A stretch of 64,000 bases of DNA from Raillietiella orientalis (lineage: Eukaryota): NCBI GenBank assembly GCA_036172245.1, contig JAYWIR010000006.1:992001-1056000 (forward strand), in the 5' to 3' direction. The translations under genes and the position numbers were made by a program. Under the pieces are notes generated by a model. That model searched no databases and was not told the DNA's origin. It saw only the letters and a program-made list of their open reading frames with translations. Every line of letters starts with the position of its first letter. The first letter of the stretch is position 1. This document shows positions 12,001 to 25,407 of this stretch, piece after piece.

Positions 12001-15000
12001 GTGCTTCCCACTTTTCATTCACATGTTTTTAACCCTTCTGCAAACCAAAAACAGGGTTATGGCTAGTAAGTAACAAGAGTTCATTTGACTCTTTCTTTGC
12101 AACATTTTATTTCAAAATTTAACATTATTGTTTGTTTGCAGTAAAGTTTTTCAAAAAGTATTGCTCTCTGTTTATCAAGGAAAAACAATCTAATGCCCTC
12201 ATTCAGGAAGCTGCTAACTTAAAATCTTATGGGGATATTGAAACTAGCATTAATCTTTGTTTATTGAGGTATGTTTTGTTTATTTTTTGTGAGTCGAATA
12301 ACAATTTTTTTCTTCCTTTTTTGCTTAGATCCAATTAATCATTATAATATTTTAACGATATTTATGAAACATGCTTTCATATTACTTTCAGTAAAAACAA
12401 ACGTACATTTTGGGTGTACAGAATGTGGGATCTGATTTTGCTCAAGTCCTCAAAAAAGCTTTCTCTATACATGTTATTTCCATGCAGTTATTTATTAAAG
12501 ACATTGCATGGTTGTATAACTTATAATGCAATTTATATTTGTGATAGTTAAAAGTTTCTTGTTTCAGAAATAACATTACCGAAGTGTGGCTGTCAGAAGA
12601 ATGCCTAGATAACTTGATCACATATTTAGAAAGCTCAGGAAGCAAGAGCATTTTGGAAATTTTAAATAAACATTTTGAGATTCATGTGAATGATGATCCA
12701 GATATAATAGATGTAACAGAATTTTGTATGTCTGAGAACAAAAGAGTGGAAAATGATAATTTGAATTCCCAAAAGACATTTAATATCAGCACATTAGAAT
12801 TGCTGGAAACTATAAAAAATTTTGAAGCTGAAAAACCTGTGCCACCACAGATCTGTGAATTTTCTATTACTATAGAAGATGACATGTATGCATTATATTA
12901 ATTAATATGGAAACATAGTTGCTCTAACTTTTAACTCTCAGACACTGCATGCTCGTAATTTAACTAGCAATTTCTGCATGCATTCTGGTTACTGGAAATA
13001 TTGGAAAAAAATTGAACCCTGTTTGCATGCTAATGTTGGTGCCGTGTTTCATTGATTTTTGCCTAACATTCAACCACCGGATATCATATAATCACATATA
13101 TTGCTTTTTATCTAGTAGTATCTGCATCCAGACTTTAGCATAAATTTCAACATATTGCAAATGGGTAACATGTAGACTGCAAACAGTGGTATTGATGAAT
13201 ATTACTGTATCTAGATCAGCCATTATTCTTATAAATCATTCTGCTTTTGTTTCTAAAAAAAAAAAAATGCAAATTAATCAGCTTATTATTGATCCGTCGG
13301 TAGATTATAAAGCATTAATCGATCATCCCAATGCTTTGTGATCTTATGATGATTTAATATGATTTAAGAAATGGATAGTTTCTGGATGCAGAGAAAACAT
13401 ATTGTGAATATTGTTTTTAAGGCGTTTGAACTGAAATGTTACATTACTTGAGGCAAAAATTTTAAGAAAGAAAATATTTTTATGCGCAAGTTTTTTTTTT
13501 TCATCGTTGCATATGTTTTTCTAAATAATTTGAAGAGTTCTTCCCATAGAGTTGAGGCTGCAGATATCAGTGATCGAGAGTTGAAAATTGCTGCAGGTTG
13601 TTCCAATTCTAAAGTATATTTGTTCGATAGTAATCTCTGCCATTTGGAAGAGGACAGCCTTTTTCATGCGAAAATTGCTCCGTGAGTTCCCCCCCTCCCT
13701 TTTTTTTTCTTTTTTTTTTAAAAAAACCTCTTCTAAATGTGCATGTTTATTGCATTCAAAAAACTGTTGATTCATTTTATTTAAAAGATTGCATGTATTC
13801 TTTTTTAACAAACATGAACTTCCTAATGAGCTTATGGTGCTATTTCAAAGTTTCTACCGGGATGATGAGTTTTGCCGCTAGCCATTGGGATATGCAAGTG
13901 TCTTTTTTAATCTGTTCATTTGAAGGTAAACTATTAGCGTGTATGTGCACAATGCAGCACTTTTAAGTGAGCATTAATAGTAATTTCATTACCGTATGGT
14001 TTGGACTAGCAATACAGTTGAAGTGTAGATGTTGTTGGAGAAAATTTCCAGAAAGAATCCTGTGGGGCATTCTTAAAATTTATTTTTTCGTATTCATTGG
14101 GAATCAGAAAAAATTATATCTAGGTAGAAAGAAAAACGAGGGTTCTAACTTTTTGAAGTTGTTCCGAAACTTCTGAGTATTTTAGCATTTCCAACGAACG
14201 AACTTTGAAAGTACGAGCCGATATTACGAACCTTGCTCAGAATCTACCGAAAGTGTTCTGGTTTCAATACCGTGTGAAAACTCAAGGACCTGCCCCCCGG
14301 GGTTGAGTGTCCTAAGGGATGAGGTCTAGCCAGTTCCTAGTTCAGATCGTGATGTTTAGAGTTTCGCAGTCAGTCACTGTGATGCTGGTAAAACCATAGA
14401 AAAGAAAGTGTGAGCAGAGAATCGTGTTCGAGCAAACAGTTTTCCTAGTTGTGGTCTTCGTGAATCTGGAGAGTTTGTTTCCAAAGAGGAACTGATCATC
14501 GTCGGTGGAAATTCCCCCTCCTCCTGCAGATGGTGACCCCATTGGGTAGGCGCTCCATTTGCTTCATCGAGTAACCGAAGATTTCTCCGTTTTTCGGAGG
14601 AAATGGGCAGCCACGGCTGCTTATTTAGTTAATATTTGACGAAATGAAAAGCGCCAAATAAGCTACAAGGCAGCAGTTGGAACGAGGGGATTGAAAAGAT
14701 CTGATCCCCATAGCGTGTATGGTGTGTTCCTTGCAGCTTACACTTGTGCTGGTCACCAGTTGCTTGATCGAAAGGAGCTTAGCTAGAATGAAGTGATGGA
14801 GCGAATTATTTTCTTTGACAAGGCATCAAGCCTTGTAACTCTGCATTGTGGTTGCAAAAAAGCTCAGTCCGCAAGGGTTGGAACATGGAGGTGCGAGACG
14901 CAGCATCCCGGCGTAAAAGTGTGATGGAGCAGTTCTCATCGGATGTTCTGCCTTTCTGTATTTCAGTTACGAACGGATATATCTTCATTTTCGGAAAATA

Positions 15001-18000
15001 AGTGCCAACGTGCAATCTAGTAAAAAATGACTGTGAATTCCTTCCACGTTTATTGTTTTTATGAATCTTTGATTTATAGGAATAATAAAAAGTAATTCTA
15101 AGTGTTACAGCATTACCGTTTGTGTACAAGATTGTGAAAATATTTGATCAAGTATAGGTATCAGGGCGTATAGTATTGCGTAAATATTCGATTAATTATT
15201 TTAATAACATGTATTGCATCTGGCATTCTGATCGGACACTTATGTATTAGGACGGAAAATTCGGATTTGTTTTGGTATGCGAATTCCATAAGTTCACACA
15301 TGGACGTCGCAGATAATTTGTGGAAGCTCGCGCATTTAACATAAGGGCGTAGCTTCCAGGTTCTTTGGTCGCAGGTTGAGGGGTGGAGCAGGTTCTTATG
15401 AGGATGCGGCACGCTCGACGGCCACCACAATGCCCTTGATGCAGTCATGAATGACCCCTTGGTCAGGTTCTCCCGGCATCTTGGAAGGCGATGGTCTTGC
15501 AGGGTGTGTTCGATGCTGGGCGTATCAGCTCTGGCGCTAGCTGTGTGCTCGAAGACACTCAGCTCAAGCGGTCGGGCATTTCTGCAGCACGCGAAAACCG
15601 GTGTGTGCGAAACAGCGCACCTCGGGGTCGTTCCGAAACACAGCTGAGGAATAAGGTGGCCAGCAGCGCTCTCGACGATCCCCACGATCTGAGTGATAGT
15701 GAAGTGCCAGTACTGACACTTGTTTGGTGGAGAGTACTGTGAGTTTGAACGAATGAGCCAGGAGAGGTTTCAGTCCAGTGTTCGACCTGGCTTGGACAGA
15801 TGCTGCTCGGAAAGGAGGGAACGAGTGGCAATTTTTTTTTTTTGTTTTTTTGAGCGAATCAAAGTGAAGACAGCTGTTTCTTGGGTTGGCTTCGGTGGTC
15901 TGGATTTCTGTCCAGACTTCGTGTGTGCGTGCATGAATGCAAGCTGCCGAGTAAAGGTGCTTCTCTCTTTCCAGCGAGTCATGCGTTTTGCTGGGTCACT
16001 CTTCCAGCGTCACCTGCTTGAAGTTCATATCGGAGTTTCAGCTCCTGACCTCGAGTGAGGACACGACGGTGAGGCTGTGGGACTTGAATGCCCGCGAAAA
16101 TGTCTTCCTCTACAAGTAGGTATTCTTTTTTCTGTTCTTACAAGGAGGGAAAGATGGAGTAGGGGTGTTGTTTTGGAGTGGGGGGAAGAGGGGGTGGGGA
16201 TGCTGGTCTGCTATCTGTGTGCTTCCTTCTGATGATCGGAAGCGGCTTAACTGTGTGCGTGCTTGTGAACGCGCGAATGTCCTGCTTTGCCTGCAGTCCT
16301 TCGAACTCCATGCTCTCTGAACCGAACGGCGAAGACCGCGCTTCGATTACTATCGCAATCGAAGAGGGACCCAGGGAAAGCAGTATGCTTGGATTGTTTC
16401 TGATGCGAGAAGAGCATTTTCCTAAGAGACACCTCAAGAGCCACCGAAATTCTAGCAGCGTTTTTCCGGAACTGCCGAAGCGTCTTGCATTCGAAAGTGT
16501 AGGGACTGCCTCGAGATTGGAAGAAGCAGGCACGTGCCCACATGAGTAGTTTCCGGTGAATCCGACGGCGCGCAAGCAGCGAAGACGATGCAAGCTGTGT
16601 GCGCAGACCGCGCTTTGCTCATACCGGGAGGGAGGAGGATATATCCCGTCGCTGTTCTCTGAAGGGAATATGTTTCTCGTGGCGAGTAGGCTCGTGGGAA
16701 CACCTGCCAAAGAGGAAATCTCCGAGGGCAAACCGTGCAATGCTTTTAAAGGGAATCCAAAGTGGGCGGGATGTTAGCGCGGATATGAATGACGTCATGC
16801 GTTCGAAAGTTTTCTCATAAGCCTCTACCTGCCGCCCTTTTTTCTTCCCCCCTCCCGCAGACGAAGGCGCATGCTAGGTGTCTCTTCTTTCCGTTGGTGG
16901 CAGAGCAGATTCTCAGCGAGTTGTTGCTTCCCTTACGGAGTTTCCAAGTGCACACGCGCACCGGTTGCACCACATTCAGCACCAGCCTTGTGCCTGTTGT
17001 CCCTCCATCTCCCTATCCGTCTTTTGCATCCAGTTGCCCCACCGGTTGTTTCAGTTCAGTACGGCATCTTTGGAACGCGCCGTATATAGGAGATGAGCTC
17101 CTCCTTCCCAGCCCCCTCTTTCCAGCGGCGAGGTATGACCTGTGTTCAAGTGTCGGCCTCCTTAGCAGAGCGTGCTGGCGTCCGGAACAACTCGTGCGAC
17201 AGCGTGGTACTCTCACGCTCCCTATACACGATTTTCTCTTAGCAGCAGCACCTGCCGTTTGACATGATCAGGGGAGAGGAGAATTTTTTCCCCACTTGAC
17301 TACTAGCGCCGTTTCCGTAGAGTGGTCAGGAGACGCGCGTTGAAAGGTAACAGCGGCGAGCACCTCTTATGGTCGATTCTCATCGGCGGCACGACCATGT
17401 GCACGGCTTGCGTGTGCCAAGCACCTCCCGGTTCCTGCCCGCGCGTGCTCCTGGGCGTCATTTTCGCTACTTCTAGCGCGTGGCCACTGATGCTCACGAA
17501 AACCACCTCTGCGAAGAGTAAACGCCCCCGGGGAGACATTAAGATAAAAACCGGAAATCCCCATAGCACTTCCCTGAGATCGGAGGGTGACTGTCACTTT
17601 GGCGAGGGAAAGCAGGGTGGTATTGAGTCCATGAGGTCAGGTTTTTTCTTCTTCCGTGGCAGAGATTGGTTCACGAGTGCGCGTGCGAACGGAAAGGCCT
17701 TAGCCCCACCTTTTTGAGCACGGCGACCCTCTATGCGTCCACGGGTATGCATCATGGAGAGAGCTGGGAAAAGGGCGCCTTTCTGACGTCTTGGGAACCC
17801 GGCCGCAGCAGCGCCTACAGAATGATTGGTTTTCCTCTACCACCCCTTGCTCTTTCTCTTTCGAGTCGGACCTGCTACCAGCCTGGCGAGGGAGGGTGAA
17901 TGCGCGGGTTGATGATGCCGGCGTGGATGGCCAAGGTTATCGAAGTGGTCCCTGGGATCTTTGGTGAGTGCATTCACTCTGCGCTTGCATCGTTGTTGTC

Positions 18001-21000
18001 CACCTGGGGCAGAACAACGGTGTGCTGGTTTGCGGGGAACAGTTTGGGCACGCGTCCTGTTTGGAAACAGAATGGCCAGCAGAGGGAAAGGATGCTTTTT
18101 GGTTCTGGTCGCGTTCAATGAAGCTACAAGAAGGAAACGCATTGATAGTGGTGGGGCTGGGCGGCAGGAAAAGTGGAGCCTGGCAAGAGAGCGGGAATGG
18201 GAGAGTTAATTTTCCTGGGTAACGGAAGCAGAGGCGGTGGCCCAGGAGCGAATCCTCGACCAGATGTGTCTGCGTGAGCGCTTTAGTGGGGCGCTGCTCC
18301 TATGGTCTGTCCCACCCCTCGGGTTAGGGGAAAGCATGGCGCGCAACAGTTGCTAGTGGGTTCGCCAGAAAGTGATGTGAGTTGCTGCCCAATCTTCTCT
18401 TTTTTTTTTCCTTCTTGTTCTTCAGGGGGCACAATTATCCCGTATGGTGTATCGATGTCTTCAGACAACAGAACTACTTCGCCACGTCTTCGATGGACTA
18501 CAGCATCAGGCTGTGGTCCTTCGAAAAGATACACCCGCTGCGCTCCATGTTCGGGCACCAGCTGTCCGTGCAGGTACGCACCCTTCGCCCCTGTTCCTCC
18601 CCTCTAGAGTTAGAATTAGAGGAAGGATTCTCCCCGTCCTCTCTCCCCCGCTTCCAGTTTCCCCTTCCTTTTCCCCTTTACCTGCCCATTCATGCATCCC
18701 TTCCGCTTCCAGGTCGTCAGGTTTCACCCCAACGGAAACTACATCGCGTCCGGGTCCTTGGACAAGACCGTGAGGCTGTGGTCGCTGCAGGAAGGCTCTC
18801 TTGTGAGGGTGTTCCACGGGCACGAAGCGGGAGTAACGAGCCTCGAGTTTTCGAGGGATGGAAAGTTCCTCATCTCTGCCGGTAAAGTGTTTTGATTGTT
18901 TGAGGGGGGGGGGGAGATGTGTCGGTTTGCTGCTGTGTCGGCGGAGAGGGTCCCAGGAGGCGTTGAATCCCACCTCTCGCGTGCCGCATCTGATGACTCT
19001 GCGAAGTGGTTTTTGCTGCTGCTGCTGCTGCTCCGCGTGAATCCTGCTCGCTACCGTGCTTGGCTACACTGGCTTGTGCACTTGGCCTGCCGTGCATCAA
19101 GAGATCATTTTTTTTCTTTCTTTCTCTCTGCTCTTCAGCAAGCAACTGCCTATTCTTCCGTGACGTTGGTGACCAGAATTCGTAGGTGAGGCCGTACGGG
19201 TAGGCGAAAGAGTCGTTCCCCGTGCTTACGAGCAGTGTAGCCAGTGTCGTCGCCAAGTGGCTTGCTCGGTCTCGTGTCCCGCCCACCGTTTCCGTTCCTC
19301 CCACGCCCTTGGCCCTTTTCCTCTCCTCCTCACTCGCCAGTTCGTCTCCGGAGAGGAACAGCAGCAGCAAGACGCATGGCCAGTTACAGGTCTTGCGTAA
19401 CAGGATTTCCTCATGTGCGCGCGTGTGTGTATATGTGTTCATTGCCCCTCTGACGCACGTTGTCTAGATTGCCATCCCCGCGTTTTTTGCCGGAAGGACG
19501 CGAAACTGCCTGCAAAATGCAGCAGTCGGGATGCTGCGAAGGAAGCCGAGTTCGGAGAGGACCTAACCACACCCACGCGGTGGCGCTTAGTTAGGCTGCG
19601 ATGCCCTGTGCTCTATGGCGGCGAATAGGTTCTGCGACTGAAACCCCCACAACTTCAGCTGATGCTTTTCCACAGAAGGTGGACTGACTGCCAGAGTTCC
19701 GGAAACACCTCTGCCGTGGGCCGGCGTACCTTTCCCTGCTTCCCCGTTACAGCGCCCAGTTCGCTCTGATTTCTTAGGGAATGAGAAGTGTTGAAGAAGA
19801 AAGGAAAAGCAAGCACTGGAGTGGGAAACGGGATCGCGAGGTTTCTGTGGGGTATCGCGGTTCGAGAGTGTACGAGGGCATTTTCCCGGTCGGCGGAGAA
19901 AAACGCCTCCAGATGGAATTCGCAACGTGCCCTCTGCCATCACACTGCGACTGCCCGTCTGGAATCCGGGCAGAGCTTCATCTCCGGTAGAGGAACGGCG
20001 ACGCGCTCGCACAAACGGATGGACCGATCGAATGGCAGCAGTCCTCGGTCATGCCTGGTGCAGGGTAAACTGGACGCAAAGCTTATATTTCGAAGAAAGC
20101 AGGCAGTCAACTGAAACCGGTCACCTTATGCAGAAAGCGGGCTTATATTCGAGGATGGTCTGAAGCGGCGCCCATTCAACTACCTCCTCACAGCGAACGG
20201 TAGCCCTGTGGGCTCGTATGTTCCCACTGGTCACGTTTTATAGTCTTGCTTGCATTTTGATTTTGCTCGGTGTGCACAGCTCGTGCTGAATGCTGCTGCT
20301 GCTGTCATCCATAAAAAATGAGCCAAGGGATAGAACGCTCAAGTACTGACCCGCGACCATAGCTCTTCGACGACCTCTTTCAACGACCACACTTGATCCT
20401 TGGCATGTAGTGGCGAAGTTTTCCGCTTTCCCCAGGATTGTTTGCGTGTGGATCGGACTCTGTCAAGTTGCGTGACCGCAGTGGCATCGTGAGTTAGCTG
20501 AGGCTGTTCCCTGCCTCCCCAACCGACTCAAAGGGTGAGCCATGCACAAGTGTGTAGACTCAGCCCAGAGGAATGCAACCCACTTAACTTTTTTAACAGA
20601 AGGTTCGGAATGGACCATCGCATACTTTGATCCGGAATCCGAATCCAGCCTCACTTTGCTGCTGCGACTCGTTTCTTCAAGTAACTCGCCTGCCGCGTAT
20701 CTGCACCGAGTGTGTATTCCTTGAAGGACCGCGCGCGTTTCGCGATGGTCCTTCAAGGAATTCTTCGCGATGGTCGACGAGCGCAACACCCGCCATAGGA
20801 GTCTGCAGTGGGTGGAGTGCTTTTGGCCAGAAACCAGTTCGTAAGAAGCTTGCGAATCGAGGAGGCGGTCCGCTGTCGAAGTTTTCCGGCCCAGGATCCG
20901 GCTGCTGACCCTTCGAGTGTCCGTAACGAAAGATTCGCGCAAGCCACCCGTCCCCGGTGCGTGTTTGGCGTGTGCGCGTGCTGGGGGTGTCGGTGGTTGC

Positions 21001-21415
21001 GGGTCGACGAAGGGTGCTCCGGAGCGCCCAGCGGAAATCCGGTGCCCTACCTAACCTTGGAAATCGCAGGCACCGACAACCAGATAAAATTGTGGGATCT
21101 GGCTGAAGGTAAACTCCTGTCCTCTACGTCCGGCGATTTCGGGTCTGTTCAGAGCATCTGCGTCGACACCTTCATGCAGTTTGTCTTAGCCGCCTGCCAG
21201 AACGGCAGGCTCAACTACTGGAACTACGAGTCGTACGTATTTCATTTTTCCGCCGTGCCCTGCCTCTCACGGGAGCGTGCGTTGCTTTTATTAGGATCAT
21301 CCGGGATGGGAAGTGGCCCGAGGGTGACCACTTCACGTATGAAAGTCGGCTTCCCCTCCTGGTTAAGCAAAGCTGTCGAAACCCCAGCGCCATGCTCTTG
21401 CTGGGAATCAAGTAA
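9021..21415 (+). CDS. TAF5L: TAF5-like (TAF5L/WDA-type) SAGA subunit: LisH-like motif, TAF5 NTD2 domain and WD40 propeller, ~568 aa
   Basis: Exons 9021-9152, 9911-10044, 11944-12065, 12142-12268, 12568-12885, 13550-13681, 15975-16115, 18426-18573, 18713-18881, 21070-21232 and 21295-21415; all GT-AG, phases consistent, 1707 nt. Motifs: ELGKLCFPLFIHMFL (NTD2), LGHSSSVTCLKF..SSEDTTVRLWDL, KGHNYPVWCID, VRFHPNGNYIASGSLDKTVRLWS, GTDNQIKLWDLAEG. The first and last exons are less certain than the middle ones. Confidence 0.85.
15380..15700 (-). mobile_element. Possible 3' fragment of an L2/CR1-like LINE in TAF5L intron 6
   Basis: Minus-strand 'HRLPRCRENLTKGSFMTASRALW' resembles the PxxRT..K.SF....RLWN ending of L2/CR1 ORF2. 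Degenerate. Confidence 0.3.
16300..16800 (+). mobile_element. Decayed CR1/L2-like LINE ORF2 C-terminal fragment in TAF5L intron 7
   Basis: Collinear remnants: 'MLGLFLMREEHFPKRHL' (LGV....L.F..HI), 'LAFESVGTASRLEEAGTCPH' (LY...RPxLEYA..W.P) and 'RKQRRRCKLC' (EKVQRRATKL). Confidence 0.45.
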
Positions 21416-21508
21416 GCAGGACTGTGATGGCCAGGTCAGCTGCGTGGCGGGAATACGCGAGCAAGGATTTTGCAATTTCCCTCCAAAAGGAACCACCAGT
21501 TTCCCGGA

Positions 21509-21514
21509 AATAAA
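21509..21514 (+). terminator. Candidate polyadenylation signal for TAF5L
   Basis: AATAAA about 95 nt after the inferred stop codon, in otherwise GC-rich sequence; a second copy is at 22137-22142. Confidence 0.5.
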
Positions 21515-24500
21515 TATTTCTTTTGTCGGAGGGAATCTCCCCGCGAAAGTACCGTCCCTCCACCCCGTGTCGTAGCCGGCAGCGTCGTCCGACGTGCGTT
21601 GGTGCGCCAAATGCAGTTTTGGTTCCGTAGTGCGCACGCCACGATGGTTGTCCGTAGAGAAGTGCCCGTTACCAGGTGGAACGACGACCTGCTTCAGGTT
21701 TCAGCAGCCCGGCCCTTGTACCTGTATTCTCCTGGAGCAGTCCCCCTCTGTGTGTTTCGGGTCAGCGTAGGCTCCGCCCCAGCCCCTCCTCGACCTACTT
21801 TCTTCCGCAACAAGGCTGTGCATGACGTACACTTGCTGCTTTTGATGGAAGTCCACTCCCGACAGCTTCAAAAGCCCCCTGCACGAACGAAACTAGTTCT
21901 GTTGCTCCGGAAACCTTCGTGTCCGGCCAGTCCTCAACTCAAGAGCTGCGCGTCCGGCGGATCGCTGGCAAGAAAAGATGAGCCCAGAACGACGAAGGGG
22001 AAGAGCCTTTGTCTCCCCCTCCGATTGTGGACAGCTGCTCTTAAGAGTCGCGCACAACTCTTGGACTCTGTTGCCGAATTCGCGCAATTGCCTTCCGGAC
22101 TTAGCTCGAACCTGGGCTCCCACAGAGTCCTCATAAAATAAATTTCGCTGGTGTCCTTTTCTCTCCTCGAACGGGTCAGGAGCCCCTCCGCTGTTGGCCC
22201 AAGGCTTTGGCAGCCCTTGCCATCTTCATCATCAAGCAAACAGCAAGCAGCTCCTTGCAGGTCATTTACCAGTAAAGCAGCTGGGAAACGCGCGCCTGAA
22301 GTGGCTGCTCATTTAGAATCAAATGCTTCCAGAGTGACGACTGGGCATCCAGCGCCTCCTATCCTTGCACTTTGATCCGCACTTCCTGGCCCTTCCCCCT
22401 CTCCTCCCTACTTGCCACCCTGCGCCACTCGAAGGCTTGACTGCCCCACAAGCAGCGATTCCCGGTGCTTCGTATCGTCCAGGCCTCTTTGTGGAAGCTT
22501 TCAAAGTGGAATGCAAAAACGGCAGGCAGCGGGGGGCCACAGCATTCTCGGGGCAGGCGGCTGTTGCTGCGAAAATGTTTCCACTCGTTGGATAGATGCG
22601 GGAGAAATCAGGCGTCGTGGATTTTGGCGGTTGAAGTTGCAGCTTTTCTAGAGACCTGATTTCGCTCCGGTCACTTGAAGAGGCAGACTGAACAGGGAAC
22701 AACCGAGTTTTTGTCTTTTGTGAGTCTTGAACTTACCTAACAGAAGAAACCGATCCTTTGGTAGCACGACTTGAGGTTAACCGCTCACACGGCCACAGTT
22801 CCAGAAAATGCTGGGAAGTGGCAAATGAAAATGCGAGGAGGGCGCTTCCCTATTGATGAAGGGAAACGAAAGGGGTGGGTTTGCCTCTTCCACCTTCCTT
22901 GAAATTCTCAGGGAGGATTGCATCTTCGTCTTGTGCTATTCCGAAGGAGTTCACACTGCCGGAAAGTTGCGCACTTCAGTGACACAATACAACAGAAATG
23001 GGCAGAGTCAGCCGCAGTGAATCCACCTGCGGGAACAGAAACGGTGGATTGTAGTTGCCAGTGGGCAAATCGTAGTAAGTGTGGAACGCGAATTTCTTTG
23101 CTTCATCCCTGGAATCTACAGAAGATGGTTCTGACTCCTGGTTCACAGGTACGAGTTGCTTTTGTTTCCTGGCGAGATCGACGACGAAAGCGATCTGAAA
23201 ATTGCTCAGACGCAACGGCTGGCGGTAGCACGCGTCTCTTGTAGGACAAATAGGCTCGATTCTTCCCTTTGGTTGGGTTCGCGAAGCGTAAGCTGCCGTC
23301 TTGAGGGGTAGAAGGCTACTGTTAAAATCGAGGACCTTGTCCAAGCAAGAGGTTCTGCATCAGAGTTGACCGGTTTCGCTGACGACAGGGGAATCAATTC
23401 TGCTTACATAGTTGGTGCACAAAATTGTATCTTTATTGTTTTCTGAAGGGTCATGTCCTCTGTAGAGCGGATGAACCCTTCGCCTCAGCATGTACGTCCG
23501 GTGGTAGGTTACTATGTGGAGCAGACCATCGTGGGTGCCCATGGCTCTTCGGTGCAGAATCTTATTTTGTTATGAACAGGGGTGGGTTTCCGAGCACGTT
23601 ACCTGAATGGACTTTCCTGAGAGGGGTGATGGCATTGAATTTGAGTCAAGTTGACTGGCGGAGCACGTGAGTGGCCTGCGATGGGAGACGCCAGTTTTGG
23701 CGCTTTCCAGTGTGAGAACTATTGAGAGGGGCAGCGGTTGACGGTGATTCCTTGACGTGTTCCACGTCTCATTTATAATGAAGCACCAGGCAGTACCGGC
23801 GGCTGAGAAAACAGATGTGCACACTTTTGGTCCACGAAACGGTCACTAGGAGCGCGTGGCACTGACTAGGGTTCGCCCGAGGTGCCGGCATAAGTAGGCA
23901 AGATCGTGGGCCTTGTGGGCGAGGAATGCTCGTACTACCTGCCGCATGGCTGAGTGGACGTGAACGTGAACTGTGCGCAGAAAGAGGCTCCCTTAGAAGA
24001 GAGGCTGCGTGCTTCGCTCGAGACTGGCTTTCATCACCCTGCTGCCTGCTTGTTCTACTGCCCTTTTCTAGGTCTGCATATTTGGCTGCCCTTATACTGT
24101 CTTCTTGCATCGCCCCTCTGCTGTTTCCTGCTGCTGCCTGCCCTTCTTTCTGCTTCCCCGACGGTACTTGCATGTGGATGTTCCAAAGAATCGATTCTTC
24201 TGGTCACATCGCTAGAATCAACGGTCCACCGTTTCTACATGAGTTGAAAGGGGGGGGGGGATTTGAAGCCGCATCCCTAGTTCCGGCCTCTCCACAGGCT
24301 CCCAGAGATTTCCCTCTTGGCAAATGAAAGCAGAAGCGCACTCCCTTACGAGTGTACGGACGCCGCACACTGAGTCGAAGCGCACAGACGTCCCAACCAC
24401 GAAAGTGTGTGCGGACGGAATCTCCCCATCCCACGTTGCCTACCCATCATCTGGTCGAGAGCGTCTCCCCCTCCCTTTTCCTCTGAGACTGAGCTTTCCC

Positions 24501-25407
24501 TTCTCTATCCCTGGAAGCTCCCCTTCCGCTTTGGGCAGCCCAGGAGGAAGGGAGGAAGAGTACGAAGACGACTAGGAGGAAAAATGAAGGAGGCTTCGAG
24601 AGTGAGCTCCAGCCTGGACTCTGCAACTGCCCGCCCTCCTGCCAGTACTCCTTCCCGCATCGCATCGCGTCCTGGAGCGAAGGGAAACACAGGGTGGCTC
24701 CCTCCCTCAGAAGGCGTCGGTTCGTGGGGAGCCCCGCTCGGCATCCTTCCGAGCTTCAGAAGGAACAGACGCTGGAGCGGAGCAGGCAGCAACGACAGCG
24801 GCGGCAGTTCTCCGTCGTCTCGGGCACTGCTTCTCTTCCTCCCCTTCCTTCTCCTCTTCCTCGCCCTTAAAAGAAGAAGCAGCGGTGGCGGAGGCGTTGT
24901 TTTTAAGCTGGACTCAGAAAGTAGGGGCCGCGCTGCTTCTGTGGGTCCAAATCCGTCCATCCATCCATGGCAGGAGGAAAAAAACAGTCTCGCAGCTCTT
25001 TGCATGGATCCAGTGGTAGAGAGGTGCGATGCTGCTGGTGCTGGCTGCGATGCTGCATGCGCTCAGAACCGCGAGGAGGGGGGGGGAGAGGGGGAAAAGA
25101 GACACATCTATTCCAGAAAAGGACTCGAACCGAAGAGACAAGGGAGAGGGGAGGAAAACGGGATATCCTGTCCCGCGAGTGCCTGGCTGTCGTGTGCGTC
25201 CCACAAGACTTTGCGGAAACCGAGTACACCTGACCTCCGTGCGCCAGGTAAGAAAACGTGACCAAGCTCCGTTAAGACCAGGCAGGGTTGTTGTATTTCC
25301 CTGTGAAGCCGATGAAGGAGACCAGCCAGGCGAGCGATCGGGAAGCGCAGGTTTCCTTAGGGCAGTGCACTGAATTCTTGAAGCAGCAGCGAGTCCTGTC
25401 CCTACAG

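Noticed and set aside
23954..24327. Alternative last exon for TAF5L (VLACGCSKESILLVTS)
   Set aside because: No good phase-compatible acceptor for that frame. The exon at 21295-21415 fits phase, short-intron size, C-terminal register and a downstream AATAAA.
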